A stretch of 64,000 nucleotides of DNA from Octopus bimaculoides. Its lineage: Eukaryota. The position numbers and the translations under genes are program-made. The DNA is taken from positions 51,440,297-51,504,296 of the forward strand of contig NC_068986.1 in the NCBI RefSeq assembly GCF_001194135.2, written 5' to 3'. Under the pieces are notes generated by a model. It was not told the origin of the DNA and did not search any database. It was given only the letters and a program-made list of their open reading frames with translations. Position 1 is the stretch's first letter. The number at the start of each line of letters is the position of its first letter. Positions 38,382 through 52,000 of the stretch are shown in pieces.

Positions 38382-41300
38382 AAGATCATGTAAATATGAA
38401 ACATACTAACATGTCTTTATACTAATGCTTTTACATTTTATTTTTCCTTTTGTCTTGATCAATATCCATTTTCCTATGCTAAATTGACAAAGTAGATTTT
38501 AGAAAGTTAGACATTCACTTATGAATAGTTGAAACAATTGATTTTACAACAAGATACCATTCTTACTTCCAAACACTCAAACCAGAGAGAGATACAACTA
38601 AGCACATCTAGGAGTCCATTAGGGTTGATAGGGTGTCAACAGACCAGCGGGTGAACACAGTACAAGGCATTGGTAAAGTTTCAGCTCATGAAAATGGGCT
38701 TACAATGATGAGGTGAAGAGCAATTAACAGACATGTGGTCCTGAATTCAATTACAATGTAGGGGAAGTGCTCTTAACAGTAGCCTTGGGCGGACTAATGC
38801 CTTGTGGGTGAAATTTGGTGGATAGAAACAATGTGGAAGACCTTTGTATGTAACTCTTTCTGATGCTAGCTAGCTGTCTATCTAAAGTTTGTTCTGTTTG
38901 GGTTACTTCCCTTTGTGTCTAGTTAAGTTGACTTCAACTTTCCTTACCATATGAAGGCAAGAAAACAAGAATCAGGCAAAGGAGTGAGTCAATATTGTAT
39001 GATAAAACCTTACTACAGCAGGGCTGCAAGACTGAAGCCAGTAAAAGAATAAAGAAAAAACAAAGACTATTTGGTATTCAGTCCAAAGTGGAAGTTGATT
39101 TCAGATGCCAACAAGCATATGTATATTTTTTATCTTTTACTTGTTTCAGTCATTAGACTGTGGCCATACTGGAGCACTGTCTTAAAGAATTTTTAGCTGA
39201 ATGAATTTACCCCAGTACTTTTTTATAAAGCCTTGTACTTATTTTATTGATATCTTTTGCTGAACCTCTAAGTTTTGGAGATGTAAACACTGGTTGCCAA
39301 ATAGTAGTGGGGAACAAACACAGACACAAACACACACATATATACAACAGTATATATGTGTGGTTTTAAGTTTCTGTCTACCAGATCCACCCACAAAGGC
39401 TTTGGTTGGCCCAATTCTATAGCAGAAGACACTTGCCCAAGCTGCCACACAGTGGGACTGACCCCAGAACCATGTGGTCGGGAAGCACGCTTCATACCAT
39501 ACAGTCACACCTTCAACCTGCCCATACCTGCGCCTATATACATGTATGTATGTATGTTGGTATGTATATGTATGTATGTTGGTATGTATATGTATGTATA
39601 TTATCATCATTTTAATGTTCAATATTTCATGCTTGCATAGGTTGGACAAAGTTTATTGAAACAAATTTTCTATGGTTGGATACCCTTCCCACTGCCAACC
39701 TTCAACTGTTTCCAAGCAAGATAATATTTTCCCCATAACCAGATATATTTTCACAAAAGACTGGAAATGAAGAACACTGCTTTTTTGATAGTGACATTCA
39801 TTTACAACCATGTCATGTCAAGACACACACAAACACACAATATATACTATGGGCTTTCAATTTCTATCAACTAAATTCACTCATTAGGCATTGAGTGATA
39901 AGGGTCTATAGTAGAAGACACTCGCCCAAGGTTCTCTGCAGTGGAACTGAACCTGAAACCAAGTGGTTGCAAAGTGAGCTTCTTAACCACACAGCCACAC
40001 CTGCATCTAGTCATATATATATATATATATATATANNNNNNNNNNNNNNNNNNNNNNNNNNNNNNNNNNNNNNNNNNNNNNNNNNNNNNNNNNNNNNNNN
40101 NNNNNNNNNNNNNNNNNNNNNNNNNNNNNNNNNNNNNNNNNNNNNNNNNNNNNNNNNNNNNNNNNNNNNNNNNNNNNNNNNNNNNNNNNNNNNNNNNNNN
40201 NNNNNNNNNNNNNNNNNNNNNNNNNNNNNNNNNNNNNNNNNNNNNNNNNNNNNNNNNNNNNNNNNNNNNNNNNNNNNNNNNNNNNNNNNNNNNNNNNNNN
40301 NNNNNNNNNNNNNNNNNACTTAAAAACATATATATATAGGCTTGGCATCATCTGAATATATTAGACACCATTTCAATTATAAACACAAGAGGTACAAGTA
40401 TGTCAGGGCCTCTTTGCTCTGCTGAAGGTTTACTTGATGTACTACTAAGGAGTGTCGGCAAAATAAATTTACAAACATTAATTTGTACAGACAGTCCAAA
40501 AAGTAATTGGTTTAATCTGGGTATTATATACAAAATGTTGAACATAATCATAAAAATCATAAAACATTAAATTTCTCCATATGTCTTTATACTATCATTT
40601 ATTGTTGTAGTCAGGCAAGGAAAGAGAAAGAAAAAAAAAAGAACCAGATATGATTGTTTGTAGAAATTATAAATATTTAAGAATGCAAGCACCTGAATGT
40701 ATGCAAGATTTAGAACGCTGAATTATGATGAATAAGCAAACAAGCAGCAGCCCAAAAAACAATGGAGGAACAACACACAGAAAGATATGAAAGAGAAAGA
40801 AGCTTTCACAGATAAAAATGGTAATGATGACAAGTATAACTGGAAGAAAGCCAAAAGGGTGTTAGGAAAAGAAAAGAAACCCAGCAAAAGAGAATAACAT
40901 CCATTATGAAGAGATTCGGGTGTAAATTAGAAAGAAACAAAAACTAATAAAAAAATTTCATTGCATAAGGTAAAGTTTGGCAAGAACACACGAGTGCCAG
41001 CAAAAGAGCTGTCTAAAATATCACCAAGCTAAATTTACTTATGTAGACAGGTGTTAAAATAATACATAGTTCACTACAGAATATAATGAGTAGTTAGCCC
41101 TCGTGGTTGCCTGGAATGTAATCTAATTGAATTGTTGAGCTAGTAGGACATGAATTAATAAAAAACAAAAAGTAGAGTTCTAGATAGATTTCTAGATAGA
41201 ATGTTTTACTATATTTCTTTTTGTCCACTCCAATCTGAATTCATGTTCTGACAGAGTTTATTTTGCAATTTATCTCTTTAGGTTCAATAAATACCAGATA

Positions 41301-42877
41301 AGACTGAGTCAATTCAGCCAGCCATACCAGCCATACCATTCTCCTTCAAAATTTAGTCTAACCAACCAAATTTTGAATCTGACAGGCTTTTAAAGGAGAA
41401 TTAAGAGTAAATGTTAGATTGCATAACTTTTCAATTAGAGAGTTATCAAAAATATCTGTGGAAAAAATATATCACATTTATAGATTAGAATTATGTTGCA
41501 TCCATGAGAGAGTCTCTGTGTGATTGTGTAACTTACTAGAAATAGCAGACAAATATGCAACAAATCACACTCTTTTCTTAAACACAGAGAAAGGACACAT
41601 TGAAAATAATGTAGTCTTATAGTAATCTAAAAATTATAGGATCATAGGTGTACATTAAAAACTACTTGAAGGCTTTGGAAAATCTAAACTTGAGGAAATA
41701 TAAGTACTTTGCGACTACCATCCAAAGAGTATACCAGAGAAAGAAGGGACAGAACTCAAATCTATTTTGTGCTGTCAGAACTCATTTCCAAATATTTTGT
41801 TTTTCATCTACTTATGTTACTAGGAGATATAGTGTGCTAGAGCCTATATAAGTTTCCATAGAAACAGTGATATATGTCTATTGTTGGACAGCATACTAAT
41901 ATGTTGTAGGTATTGCTCACGAGAGAATTTGAATTTCATGTAGTAAGCTAAATTTTACTTCCTCTATCTACTTCTTTCACTCTATAAAAACTTCAATAAG
42001 TCAAATTTTTCATAGACACTGAAGATTCACTGGGCCAGTGCTTAATTCTGGCTCCAAATCAATCTCAATCTACGCGAGCCCAATTTATTACTGGTAGTAT
42101 GGAAGATTTCTGATGAGAGACTCTGAACTCTGTATGACACCAACAAAGTAATTCTAAAGTGCTGTCACTTGCTCATCACAGTCATAGAGAAAATCTTGTG
42201 AAGTTTATGGTAAATACAGCAGGCTGCCCTGGATTGTGAAGAGCCACATTATACAACTCTAATGACAACTTACAAGCTGCAAAATGCCTCACTTCCTTGT
42301 CCAGTTCGTTAACTATCTACTAGTTATTTACTTATAACTTGGTGATGTGAGTATCCTTAACTGGCAAGTTTCTTTATTATGGTAATGATATTAAGAACTG
42401 TCAACTTGTAGGCCAATTGACAGAGAACCCATATAACTTAACTTTCTGTGACATGATCGAATGAAGAAATCTTCAAGTGGTCACTTAACATGGCAAGCCA
42501 CTAGATCTTCCACGAAACACACACGACTCTAATAAAATATCACATTGGATACTATAGACTTGGGTACACTCTTGCTGACAAAAAGGTGTGATGTACATAA
42601 CTTGAATGCTTTTGATCATAAGTCAACTTAATGATACTCTACTTGGAAACTAAGCAATAACAACAGTTATTGTTATGTTTTATGAATTTATAGGCACAGG
42701 AATGGCTGTGTGGTAAGTAGCTTGCTTAACAACCACATGGTTCCAGGTTCAGTCCCACTGCGTGGCATCTTGGGCAAGTGTCTTCTACTATAACCTTGGG
42801 CCCACCAAAGCCTTGTGAGTGGATTTGGTAGACAGAAACTGAAATAAGTCTGTTGTATATATAAATATCTGAATATG

Positions 42878-42911
<34 letters not shown>

Positions 42912-43412
42912 TATATATATATATATATATATATGCATGTATATGTTTGTCCCCCCACCATCGCTTTGATATTGACAATCAATACTAATGTGTTTACATC
43001 CCCATAACTTAGCAGTTCGGCAAAAGTGACTGATAGAATAAGTACTAGGCTTACAAAGAATATGTCCTGGGATCGATTTGCTTGACTGAAGGCAGTGCTC
43101 CAGCGTGGCCACAGTCAAATGACTAAAACGAATAAAAAAATTATCTTTAAAGGAACTGAATTCCACAAACAAAATGTAAGTTCCTTTGAGGCAAAGAAGG
43201 TTGTCATATTTCTACCCCTGTCAACCTATCCTAAGAATAGCTATCCCACTTTCTTACTAAATTAGCAATTAACCTTTCAAAAAATATGTTCTCACAGAAG
43301 TCTGGTGCAGGCTTCTGCCCGGCCAGCTCCTGTCAAACTGTCTCACCCATACCAGCATGGAAGGCAGACATTAAACAATGATGATGATGACGACGATATT
43401 GTGCAAATATGT

Positions 43413-43795
43413 GGAGGCGCAATGGCCCAGTGGTTAAGGCAGCAGACTCGCAGTCATAGGATCGTGGTTTCGATTCCCAGACCGGGCGTTGTGAGTGTTT
43501 ATTGAGTGAAAACACCTAAAGCTCCACAAGGCTCCGGCAGAGGGGGGTGGCGAACCCTGCTGTACTCTTCTACCACAGCTTTCTCTCACTCTTACTTCCT
43601 GTTTCTCTTGTGCATGTAATTCAAAGGGTCGGCCTTGTCACACTGTCACGCTGAATATCCCCGAGAACTACGTTAAGGGTACACGTGTCTGTGGAGTGCT
43701 CAGCCACTTGCACGTTAATTTCATGAGCAGGCTGTTCCGGTGATCAGATCAACTGGAACCCTTGATGTCGTAAGCGATGGAGTGCCAACAACAAG
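43413..43795 (+). mobile_element. Young tRNA-derived SINE with a 10-bp target-site duplication
   Basis: A box TGGCCCAGTGG, B box GGTTTCGATTCC and retained CpGs. It is flanked by gtgcaaatat at 43401-43410 and 43796-43805. An inverted relative lies at about 21700-21990. Confidence 0.9.
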
Positions 43796-45524
43796 GTGCA
43801 AATATAAACAAATCTGTTGTAGTGGTTTCAGTCATTAAACAGTGACTGTGCTAGAACACCTACTTCAAGGGTACAGTCAGATTCTATTGATTCCAGAAAG
43901 ATGAAAAGCAAGGTGAACCAAGATAGGATTTGAATTTTAAAATGTAAAAGAACATAACCATATCCTACAAGGTACTGTCTTTGATGCTTCACTTATTCGG
44001 CCATCCAAAATAGCAAGTAAAAATATATAAATATATCAATGGCAATTTCCCATCAGCAGGAATGTTTCTTTGGGGAAGAACTGCATTAAACAGCAATTAT
44101 GGAAATAAGCTGGAAATTTAGCAGCATAACATAAACAGTCAACTGCTCAAATCCTGTTCCACTGGAGCAGAAACAAATTATTTATAGCCAACCACTACAG
44201 ATAGAATTGCTGTAAATTTCTTTTGCAAAATACTTTGGGATTCAAGACAGTTGATTTAATTCAAGTTTGTTGGGGGTTAAATGCCAAGCTATAATGTCAT
44301 AGAAAGAAAGTATAAAGCATTGCCTAGTAAAAAGAATTTATTGCTGAAATCCAGGTCCTCTGTATGTTTTGCAAGATCTGTACTCAGAAAATTCCTTTTC
44401 AAGACAAGCTTGGGCAAATATTTTCTCTTTTTTTTAAATTTTTTTTTTATAGAAGACTAGTTTGTTTTCATGTTCATGTTTACCCCACCACCCTCATTTG
44501 ACAACTGATGTTGGTTTGTTTACATCCCCATAACATAGCAGTTTAGAAATGTGACCGATAAAATAAGTACTGGATTAAAAAAAAAAAATACTGGAGTCAA
44601 GTTGTTTGATGTTTGACTTAAACCCTTTAAGACATTGCTCCAGTATGGCTGCAGTCTATTTAGACAGATTTTATGGGCAAGGGATAGAATTGTTCTGTAA
44701 GGCAAAGTATTTCTTCCAAAAGTTAAGAACGCTGTTAGACAAATGGTTGGTACTATTCCTATTCATTCAACATGAAAATAGCAATCAAATCTATTTCCAC
44801 ATTGGCCTAGAGTAGTAAAGTATGCAGATTATCTTGCTTGAGAATAATTTCAACAATGTCACGAACAAAATATCTAGCTATTCTACTTATATAATATTCT
44901 AATTTTGCAGTAGTTGTTGTTTAGCCCTAGGGCAGACCTGTGTGAGTAGACTTAAGATCAAAGGCATTCCAACCATGACCATCTGACTGCCTTGTTTTTG
45001 TTTTTTTATTTATTGTTTCAGAGATGGTGAAGTATAATTTTACGGATGTCTTGCTACTTTTACTAGTAGGTTTAGCCCTTTAGTATTTAAACTAACCACT
45101 GACCATATATGGCCCAAGTCTAAGTAGAGATTCCTCCATTGGTTCAAATATACATAGCTTAGATGACTGTGAAATACAGGCATAGTTATATGTACATGTA
45201 TAGATGAGAGATAGAAAGAAATGAGTTACAAGTAAGTAGGTGAAAAATGAAAGTGTGGGGATGAGGTGAACTGGGAGAAAAGGGTCAGTGATATCAATGG
45301 CTGAGGGGCCCTACCAGAAGAGGAGTGAAGAAGATCATGTGGGCAGAAGTAGGACCAATGTGGGAATTCTTTGCTTCATTTTTCCAACTTGAGTGAACTG
45401 GACCAATATGGAATGAGAGGTTTGGTCAAGAATGCAACACATTGTCAGGTCCAGAAACTGAAACCACAATCTTAAGAACATGAGTCCAACACTCTAAAAA
45501 CAATGGCTATACACTTCCATTTTG

Positions 45525-45734
45525 ATACCTTACTCTTTTACTTGTTTCAGTCATTTGACTGTGGCCATGCTGGAGCACCGCCTTTAGTCGATCAAATCGC
45601 CCCCAGGACTTATTCTTTGGAAGCCTAGTACTTATTCTATCGGTCTCTTTTTGCCGAACTGCTAAGTTATGGGGACATAAACACACCAGCATCAGTTGTC
45701 AAGCGATGTTGGGGGGACAAACAGACACACAAAT

Positions 45735-45785
<51 letters not shown>

Positions 45786-45935
45786 ACGGGCTTCTTTCAG
45801 TTTCTGTCTACCAAATCCACTCACAAGGCTTTAGTCAGCCCGAGGCTATAGTAGAAGACACTTGCCCAAGGTGCCACGCAGTGGGACTGAACCCGGAACC
45901 ATGTGGTTGGTAAGCAAGCTACTTACCACACAGCC
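45525..45935 (-). mobile_element. Abundant ~400-bp SINE with an internal (TA)/(TG) microsatellite (family S1), representative copy
   Basis: Similar copies at about 21090-21500, 42692-43138 and 50227-50630 (+) and 13455-13848, 39128-39515, 48660-49005, 50805-51190 and 57405-57785 (-). Confidence 0.9.
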
Positions 45936-46669
45936 AGAACACCAAAAATAATTTGGGATGAAAATAAAAATTTAACAATTGGAAATGACATACATCAAAT
46001 AAATCATAAGTCCATATTCACCATTTTTCTAAACTATGTTACTTAAGATTTTGGTCATAAAGGGACATTCTGGTCACCGACTAACACCTAGATGTTGTTC
46101 TTAGCACCAGTTTAATTATAATTATTGTCTCAGTTTCATAAACATTAACTTTTAAGAGTTGTGTGATGATAAAACTAAAAAGAAGTAACTCTAAGACTGC
46201 TGCTTCATTACATAATCCTAACAACAAATGTAGAAGAAAAAAACATACAAAGAAACAAATATAACTGTCAAAACCCAGAATCTCTTTGAAAGCTCCCTCA
46301 CGTTCAGACATCCTATCTTATGAAACAAAATTCATTAGCGTCTATTTATACATATACACTATTGTGTGTATAAGCATACATACTTATATATTTACATGCA
46401 TAAATTTACACTCGTACACACACACACATATATATATACAGATCATGAGAATAATGATCTATCTATATATATATATATATATATAAATATATATATCATT
46501 ATCATCATGAAGAGGTCTGGAAGGTTCTGTCAAAATGTCCATATGTGGCACCAATAAAAAGCTAGCTACTAACCTACCCACATTTTTTCTTTTTACTTTT
46601 TATTTTTATCACTTTTTTTTTCCTTCTTGTAATCTAATAGGATGTAGAAAACTACAACATATCTGTTAC

Positions 46670-46717
46670 CTGTCATCTCTGCCATATTTAGTCCATCAGG
46701 CGTAACTATTTCTTATA
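46670..46717 (-). CDS. NCX: Candidate cassette exon with three in-phase acceptors (48, 42 or 36 nt), phase 1 to 1: (EI)VTPDGLNMAEMT
   Basis: A long pyrimidine tract is followed by tag|TATAAG|AAATAG|TTACG...GACAG|gtaaca. The 48-nt form has an in-frame TAA; the 42- and 36-nt forms are open. Confidence 0.4.
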
Positions 46718-46844
46718 CTAATATAGAGAAAGGGAAAGTGAGAAGGAGCAGAAGTGCACAAGTACTATTAGTAGTTAACTGATAGCCCCTGCATTGCAAT
46801 ATTTTCACACATGATAACAATCTCCTCTATATCAGATACACTGT

Positions 46845-46906
<62 letters not shown>

Positions 46907-47962
46907 GTATATATCTATTTACATATGTGTATATAAATATATATATAGACACACATTTATTTGTCTGTCTATCTATCTATCNNNNNNNNNNATATATATA
47001 TATAGGTATACACAATATATACACACACATATATATATACACATATTTATTCACATTTTAAACTTATGCAAAAGAAAAGTAGATAAAATTCAAAGGAAAT
47101 TTCTCATTCATTATCATCCTTCTTCTCCTCTTCATCATCATTCACATGATAAAATGTTTTAAGAGCCTAATAGCAGTGTTACACATGCCCCCCACCCCCA
47201 CTTACATACCTAAATGGTTCTTCAGAACAGAAATATCATAAATGGATAATATTTCAAATTGTACACCACAACAAAGTTACTTAGTATGTTTCCAGATTTT
47301 TTTTTTTACTTTCCTCAAGAGACAAACCTAAAATTGAAAATTTAAAAGCTATATCTAATATCAAAACTTCGAATATACATTATTCCATCATTAAATGTAA
47401 CTAAATTGAAGTGATTACTGTTCTTTAAAGTTTCTGACAGCTAAATGACTCAGCTCTCTGAATATGTGAGACAAAACAGAGTAAGGAAAAGACAGGGCAA
47501 GGCATGAGATCCAATTTTCAAGAACAACAACAGGTGATTTTGAAACTATGGGGAAAGTAATTAGCAAAGTTCATAATAAGAAATTCTAATGGAAGATCTA
47601 AACACCACAAATATTAAATTAAACAAAATTAATCCTTTCTGCTACAGGCACAAGGCCTGAAAATTTTAGGAAAAAAGCTAGTTGATTACATTGATTACAT
47701 CAACCCCAGTATGTAACTGGTACTTATTTCATCAACTCCGAAAGTATGTGTAAAATGCATCTCAGTTCTAATGCAGAGTATTCAGTTTTTTCTTGACTGA
47801 ACTACCTGCACATTAAATTAGCATATAAATGGCTGAGTATTCCACAGACATGTTGTGTAACCCTTTTGCATTTAAATCAACCATATCTGATCCTGTTATT
47901 CTACCTGTTTTATGTTCAAACTGACCAGATCTGGCTTCTAATACCTACCCAACAATTATTTA

Positions 47963-48122
47963 CATTATTTACATTTGATGGACATTTGTCTTCATCTTGT
48001 TTGTAGTTAACACAACATTTCGGCTGATGTTCGAAATTCCCCCAGGATACCTGGAGAGTACATCAGCTGAAATGTTAACAACAAATAAGATAAGGACAAA
48101 TATCCGTCAAATGTAAATAATG
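47963..48122. repeat. ~65-bp fold-back of the same Penelope-like family as 12395-12880, nested in a TTAA MITE
   Basis: Arms at 47963-48030 and 48060-48122 share aacaagatgaggacaaatatcc..caaatgtaaa with the 12.8-kb copy. Confidence 0.85.
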
Positions 48123-48524
48123 TGCATAATTTCTCATCTCCCAAATATAGAACAATCACATTGCTGAAATTTGGAAGTTATGCAATAATGCATGACTAAT
48201 TCAAAACAACATGAATAAATAAGCATTACATTTGACAAAGTAAGCCGAGTGCTAAAGGATTAATGTAAATCTTCAGGCAAAAATCAACATGACCCAGTGT
48301 GTAACAAATATGTATCATTGACTTATCTGCACTCTTTCTGTTAATCCATTTTTATTCAGAAGGTTTGGATTAACCCAAGTCTTTAGCAAGAGTCACTTGT
48401 CCGCCATGCCACACAGTAGAAGCAAACCCAGGATCTTGTGATTACAAAGAGGACTTGCAGTCATCCAATGTTCACACACACGCAAATGTATCTCTAAATA
48501 GATACACTCATACACTTGTGTGAG

Positions 48525-48569
<45 letters not shown>

Positions 48570-49005
48570 CATCATTTAACAGCTGCCTTCCAGGCTGGCA
48601 TGGGTGGGACACTATATATATACACACACACATACATACTTGTGTATCTATATATATCTTTTGTCTTTTACTTGTTTTAGTCATTAAACTGTGGCCATGC
48701 TAGGACACCACCTTAAAGAACTTTTAGTTGAACAAATCAACCCCAGTACTTTTATTTAAGATTGGTGCTTATTCTATTGGTCTCTGTTGCTGAACTGTAC
48801 ATAAACATGCCAACACTGATTGTTAGGTGATGGTGGGACACAAACACATGACAAGCTTCCTTCAGTTTCCATCAACCAAATCCACTCACAAGGCTGTGGT
48901 TGACCCAAAGCTATAGCAGAAGACACTTGCCCAAGATGCTATGCAGAAGGACTGAACTGAATGTCAAGTGGTTGGGAAGCAAACTTCCTACCACACAGCC
49001 ATGAC

Positions 49006-49036
<31 letters not shown>

Positions 49037-52000
49037 ATCACATAGGGAGAAGGAGAGAGAGAGATACATATATAAGAGTGTGTCGGTGTGAACAACTAAA
49101 AAAAATCTAGGATGGAAAATAAATGCTTTGCTTCACTGTTTTCATTTTCAATAAAAGTAACAATTCAAAAAAATGGAACATTGGGTGAAAATTGGAAGTA
49201 TGATGAATACTTATGTCTAGCAAGAGAAAATAAACTTGACTGTTGCTTCATAAAGAAACAAGTTAAGTCAGTAGCAATTATATTCTTGAATTTATTCTTC
49301 AATACACAAAAGTTTAACAATTTTATTTCTCTTTTTCGTTTTTCTTTGGAAACTACACTGATAGAGTTATTTCCCTTTACAAACAGCTAAAAATTGAGTG
49401 AAGTTGGGGGGAGGTTAATCATATTTGTCACAGATGATATGGTAGAAATAGGGAAGAACTAGATTGAATGATCTGCAGTGTGGCTGTGCAGTTAAGAAGT
49501 CTGCTTCCCAATCACATAGTTTTGGGTTCAGTCTCACCGCGTGGTACCTTGGGCTAGTGTCTTCTACTATTACTCCAGCCTCATTAAAGCCTTGTGAATG
49601 AATACAATCGATAGAAACTAAATGATGTGTGTGTGTGAGTATGATTTTGAAGATGTGATTGTTTATTTTTACAATGACATTGTACAGGAGGTGTGAGAAG
49701 CTAGACATGACCGGTTGTAACACGAATCAGGTAGAATATTTGGGCTGGACATGGCTGGTTTAAATGCTAAGGAGTTAACCTAAGCCATTTGAGTGAAAAT
49801 CGAAAGACAGAAACTATGTGGAAGCCTGTCTTTTTATGTTGTTATTGGGTGTTTGATTTATTCTTCATCTAGTTAACACCATCACTTTTTCTTTGAGTGC
49901 CTTTACCAGAGTAATCTGTGGCTAATTATTGGAGTTAGGTGTCCAATCTGAGTACAATTTCTGCTTGCTTTGCTCCCATCAGTGACAAAAGTTCTGTAAA
50001 GAAACTTTTCCTTTCTGACTAAATTATATGAAACAGATAGAAAGAAAGGAAGAAAGAAGAAAAGGAGAATCTGAAGAAATTTTTCAAGAATTTTTATTTC
50101 TTCATTAAATAAGAGATTCTGTCAAAATATAAATAACCAGATAAGCCATGTCAATGAAGTAGATTTACTTCCAAAAATAAAGAAAAATAATTACATGTCC
50201 CCCTTAAAATTTTCATTCTATTGTTGCAGGCATGGTTGTGTGGTAATAAAGCTTGCTTCACAGCACATGGTTCTGGGTTCTGTCCCACTGTGTGGCATTT
50301 TGGACAACTATCTTTTACTATAGCCACAGGCTAACTAAAGCCTGTGAGTGGATTTCGTGGACGGAAATTGAAAGAAGCCCATCATGTGTGTGTGTATATT
50401 ATATATGTATATATATATTTATGTGAGTGTTCCACCACCACTTGACAACCGGTGTTGGTATGTTTACATCCCCTGCAATTTAGCAGTTCAGCAAAAGAGA
50501 CTGATAGAATAAGTACAAGTTTAAAAAAAAAAAAAGTCCTGGGCTTGATTTGATTAACTAAAACTCTCAAAGGCAATGCCCCAACATGGCCACAGCCAAA
50601 TGACTGAAACAAGTAAAAGATAAAAGATAGATACAATATGTTCACGACAATGTAGAATAGGTTCTCCCTTTTTATGAGTTGGTCTAATTATTAAACATCA
50701 AAGAGGTCAACAAATTATCTAATATTCTTCAACGCTGTTTAAATCCAATATAATCTTTGTTGGGTGGAATGCCAACATCTTAGTCATCAAATCTTCATTT
50801 TATCTTTTATCTTTTACTTGTTTCAGTCATTAGACTGCGGCCATGCTGGATGCACTGTCTTCATTAAATTTTAGTTGAACGAATCAACCTCAATACTTAT
50901 TCCTTTTAAATCTGGTACTTTTTCTTTAGGACACTTTTGTGAAACTGCTAAGTTATAGGGACGTGAACACATCAACAGCAGTTATCAAGCAGTAATGGGA
51001 GACAAACAACACACATACACAAACACATAAGATGGGCTTCTTTCAGTTTACGTCTACCAAATCCACTTGCAAAGCTTTGATCAGGCTGAGACTATAGTAG
51101 GAAAAATTTGCCCAATTTTGCCATGCAGTGGGACTGAACCTGGAACCATGTTGCTGGGAAGCCACTTTCTTACCACACAGCTATGCCTGCATCTTGTTTA
51201 GGGTTGTTCTTTTTTTGTTTTTTTCTTCCCAGTGCATGCAACTGTACTGAGATGTAGTAAAGCTGTTATCAAAACTAGAACTTGTTTAATTACGGCTAAA
51301 AAACAAAACAAAACAGAAAACAAAGAAATAAACAAAATAAGAATGAATAGGAGAGGGAGAAGGCAAAGGACAAAATGAGCAGAAACAACAGGTGTAAGCA
51401 ACATACAAGGTGATCAAGAAGAAGAAGAAATAAGAGAAACTTTGTATATAAATAAATAAACAGAAAAAATAAGATACTAACATCAAACAATTGTGTCCAA
51501 AAGTACATGATTTCTCACAGACATTTATACATGAACAACACAAGAATTCCAAGATACATGAAAATAATAAAAAGCGAATAAATCTTCATGTCAAAATCAG
51601 GCACATTTCTTAAAGATTTTTCACGAGTAGTTTCCAAAATAAACTACTTTACTTAAAATTCATTTAGCCTCTAGCCTTCTCTGCTGTAATGCTTCCTGTG
51701 CAAGGCAGCATAATGCTTATTAATATAATTCTCATTCAGAAACACTCTTAAAAGCATTTCACAATAAATCTATTTCTTTGGCATTAATCCCTGATTTTAG
51801 ATATTTTCATAAAATTTTTTTACTTTAAATTTATGTTGTATAAATGTGTTTGCCACCCTTAAATGGCATTTTAGAAATCTTTACTACTTTTCACCCAACT
51901 GAGACTCAAATGGCTAAAAATATAAAAGAATATGGCTAAGGTTTCTAGAATATTTAGAATATAACTCAAAGTGTCAATTATTATTCATGCCATTTCATTC

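Noticed and set aside
38567-38607. 41-nt phase 1 to 0 segment DVLSCISLWFECLE
   Set aside because: The acceptor is weak. It could only substitute for the 8-nt microexon, and support is insufficient.
49907-50018. 112-nt segment with a strong acceptor and donor CTG|GTAAAG
   Set aside because: It is phase 1 to 2 with no compensating exon found, and the pyrimidine tract is simple repeat.
47310-51295. Possible 18-nt (GLSLEE, 47310-47327) and 48-nt (AVIKQVLVL..., 51248-51295) phase 1 to 1 exons
   Set aside because: The donors are weak (A|GTAAAA and A|GTACAG), and the second peptide is implausibly hydrophobic for a cytosolic loop.
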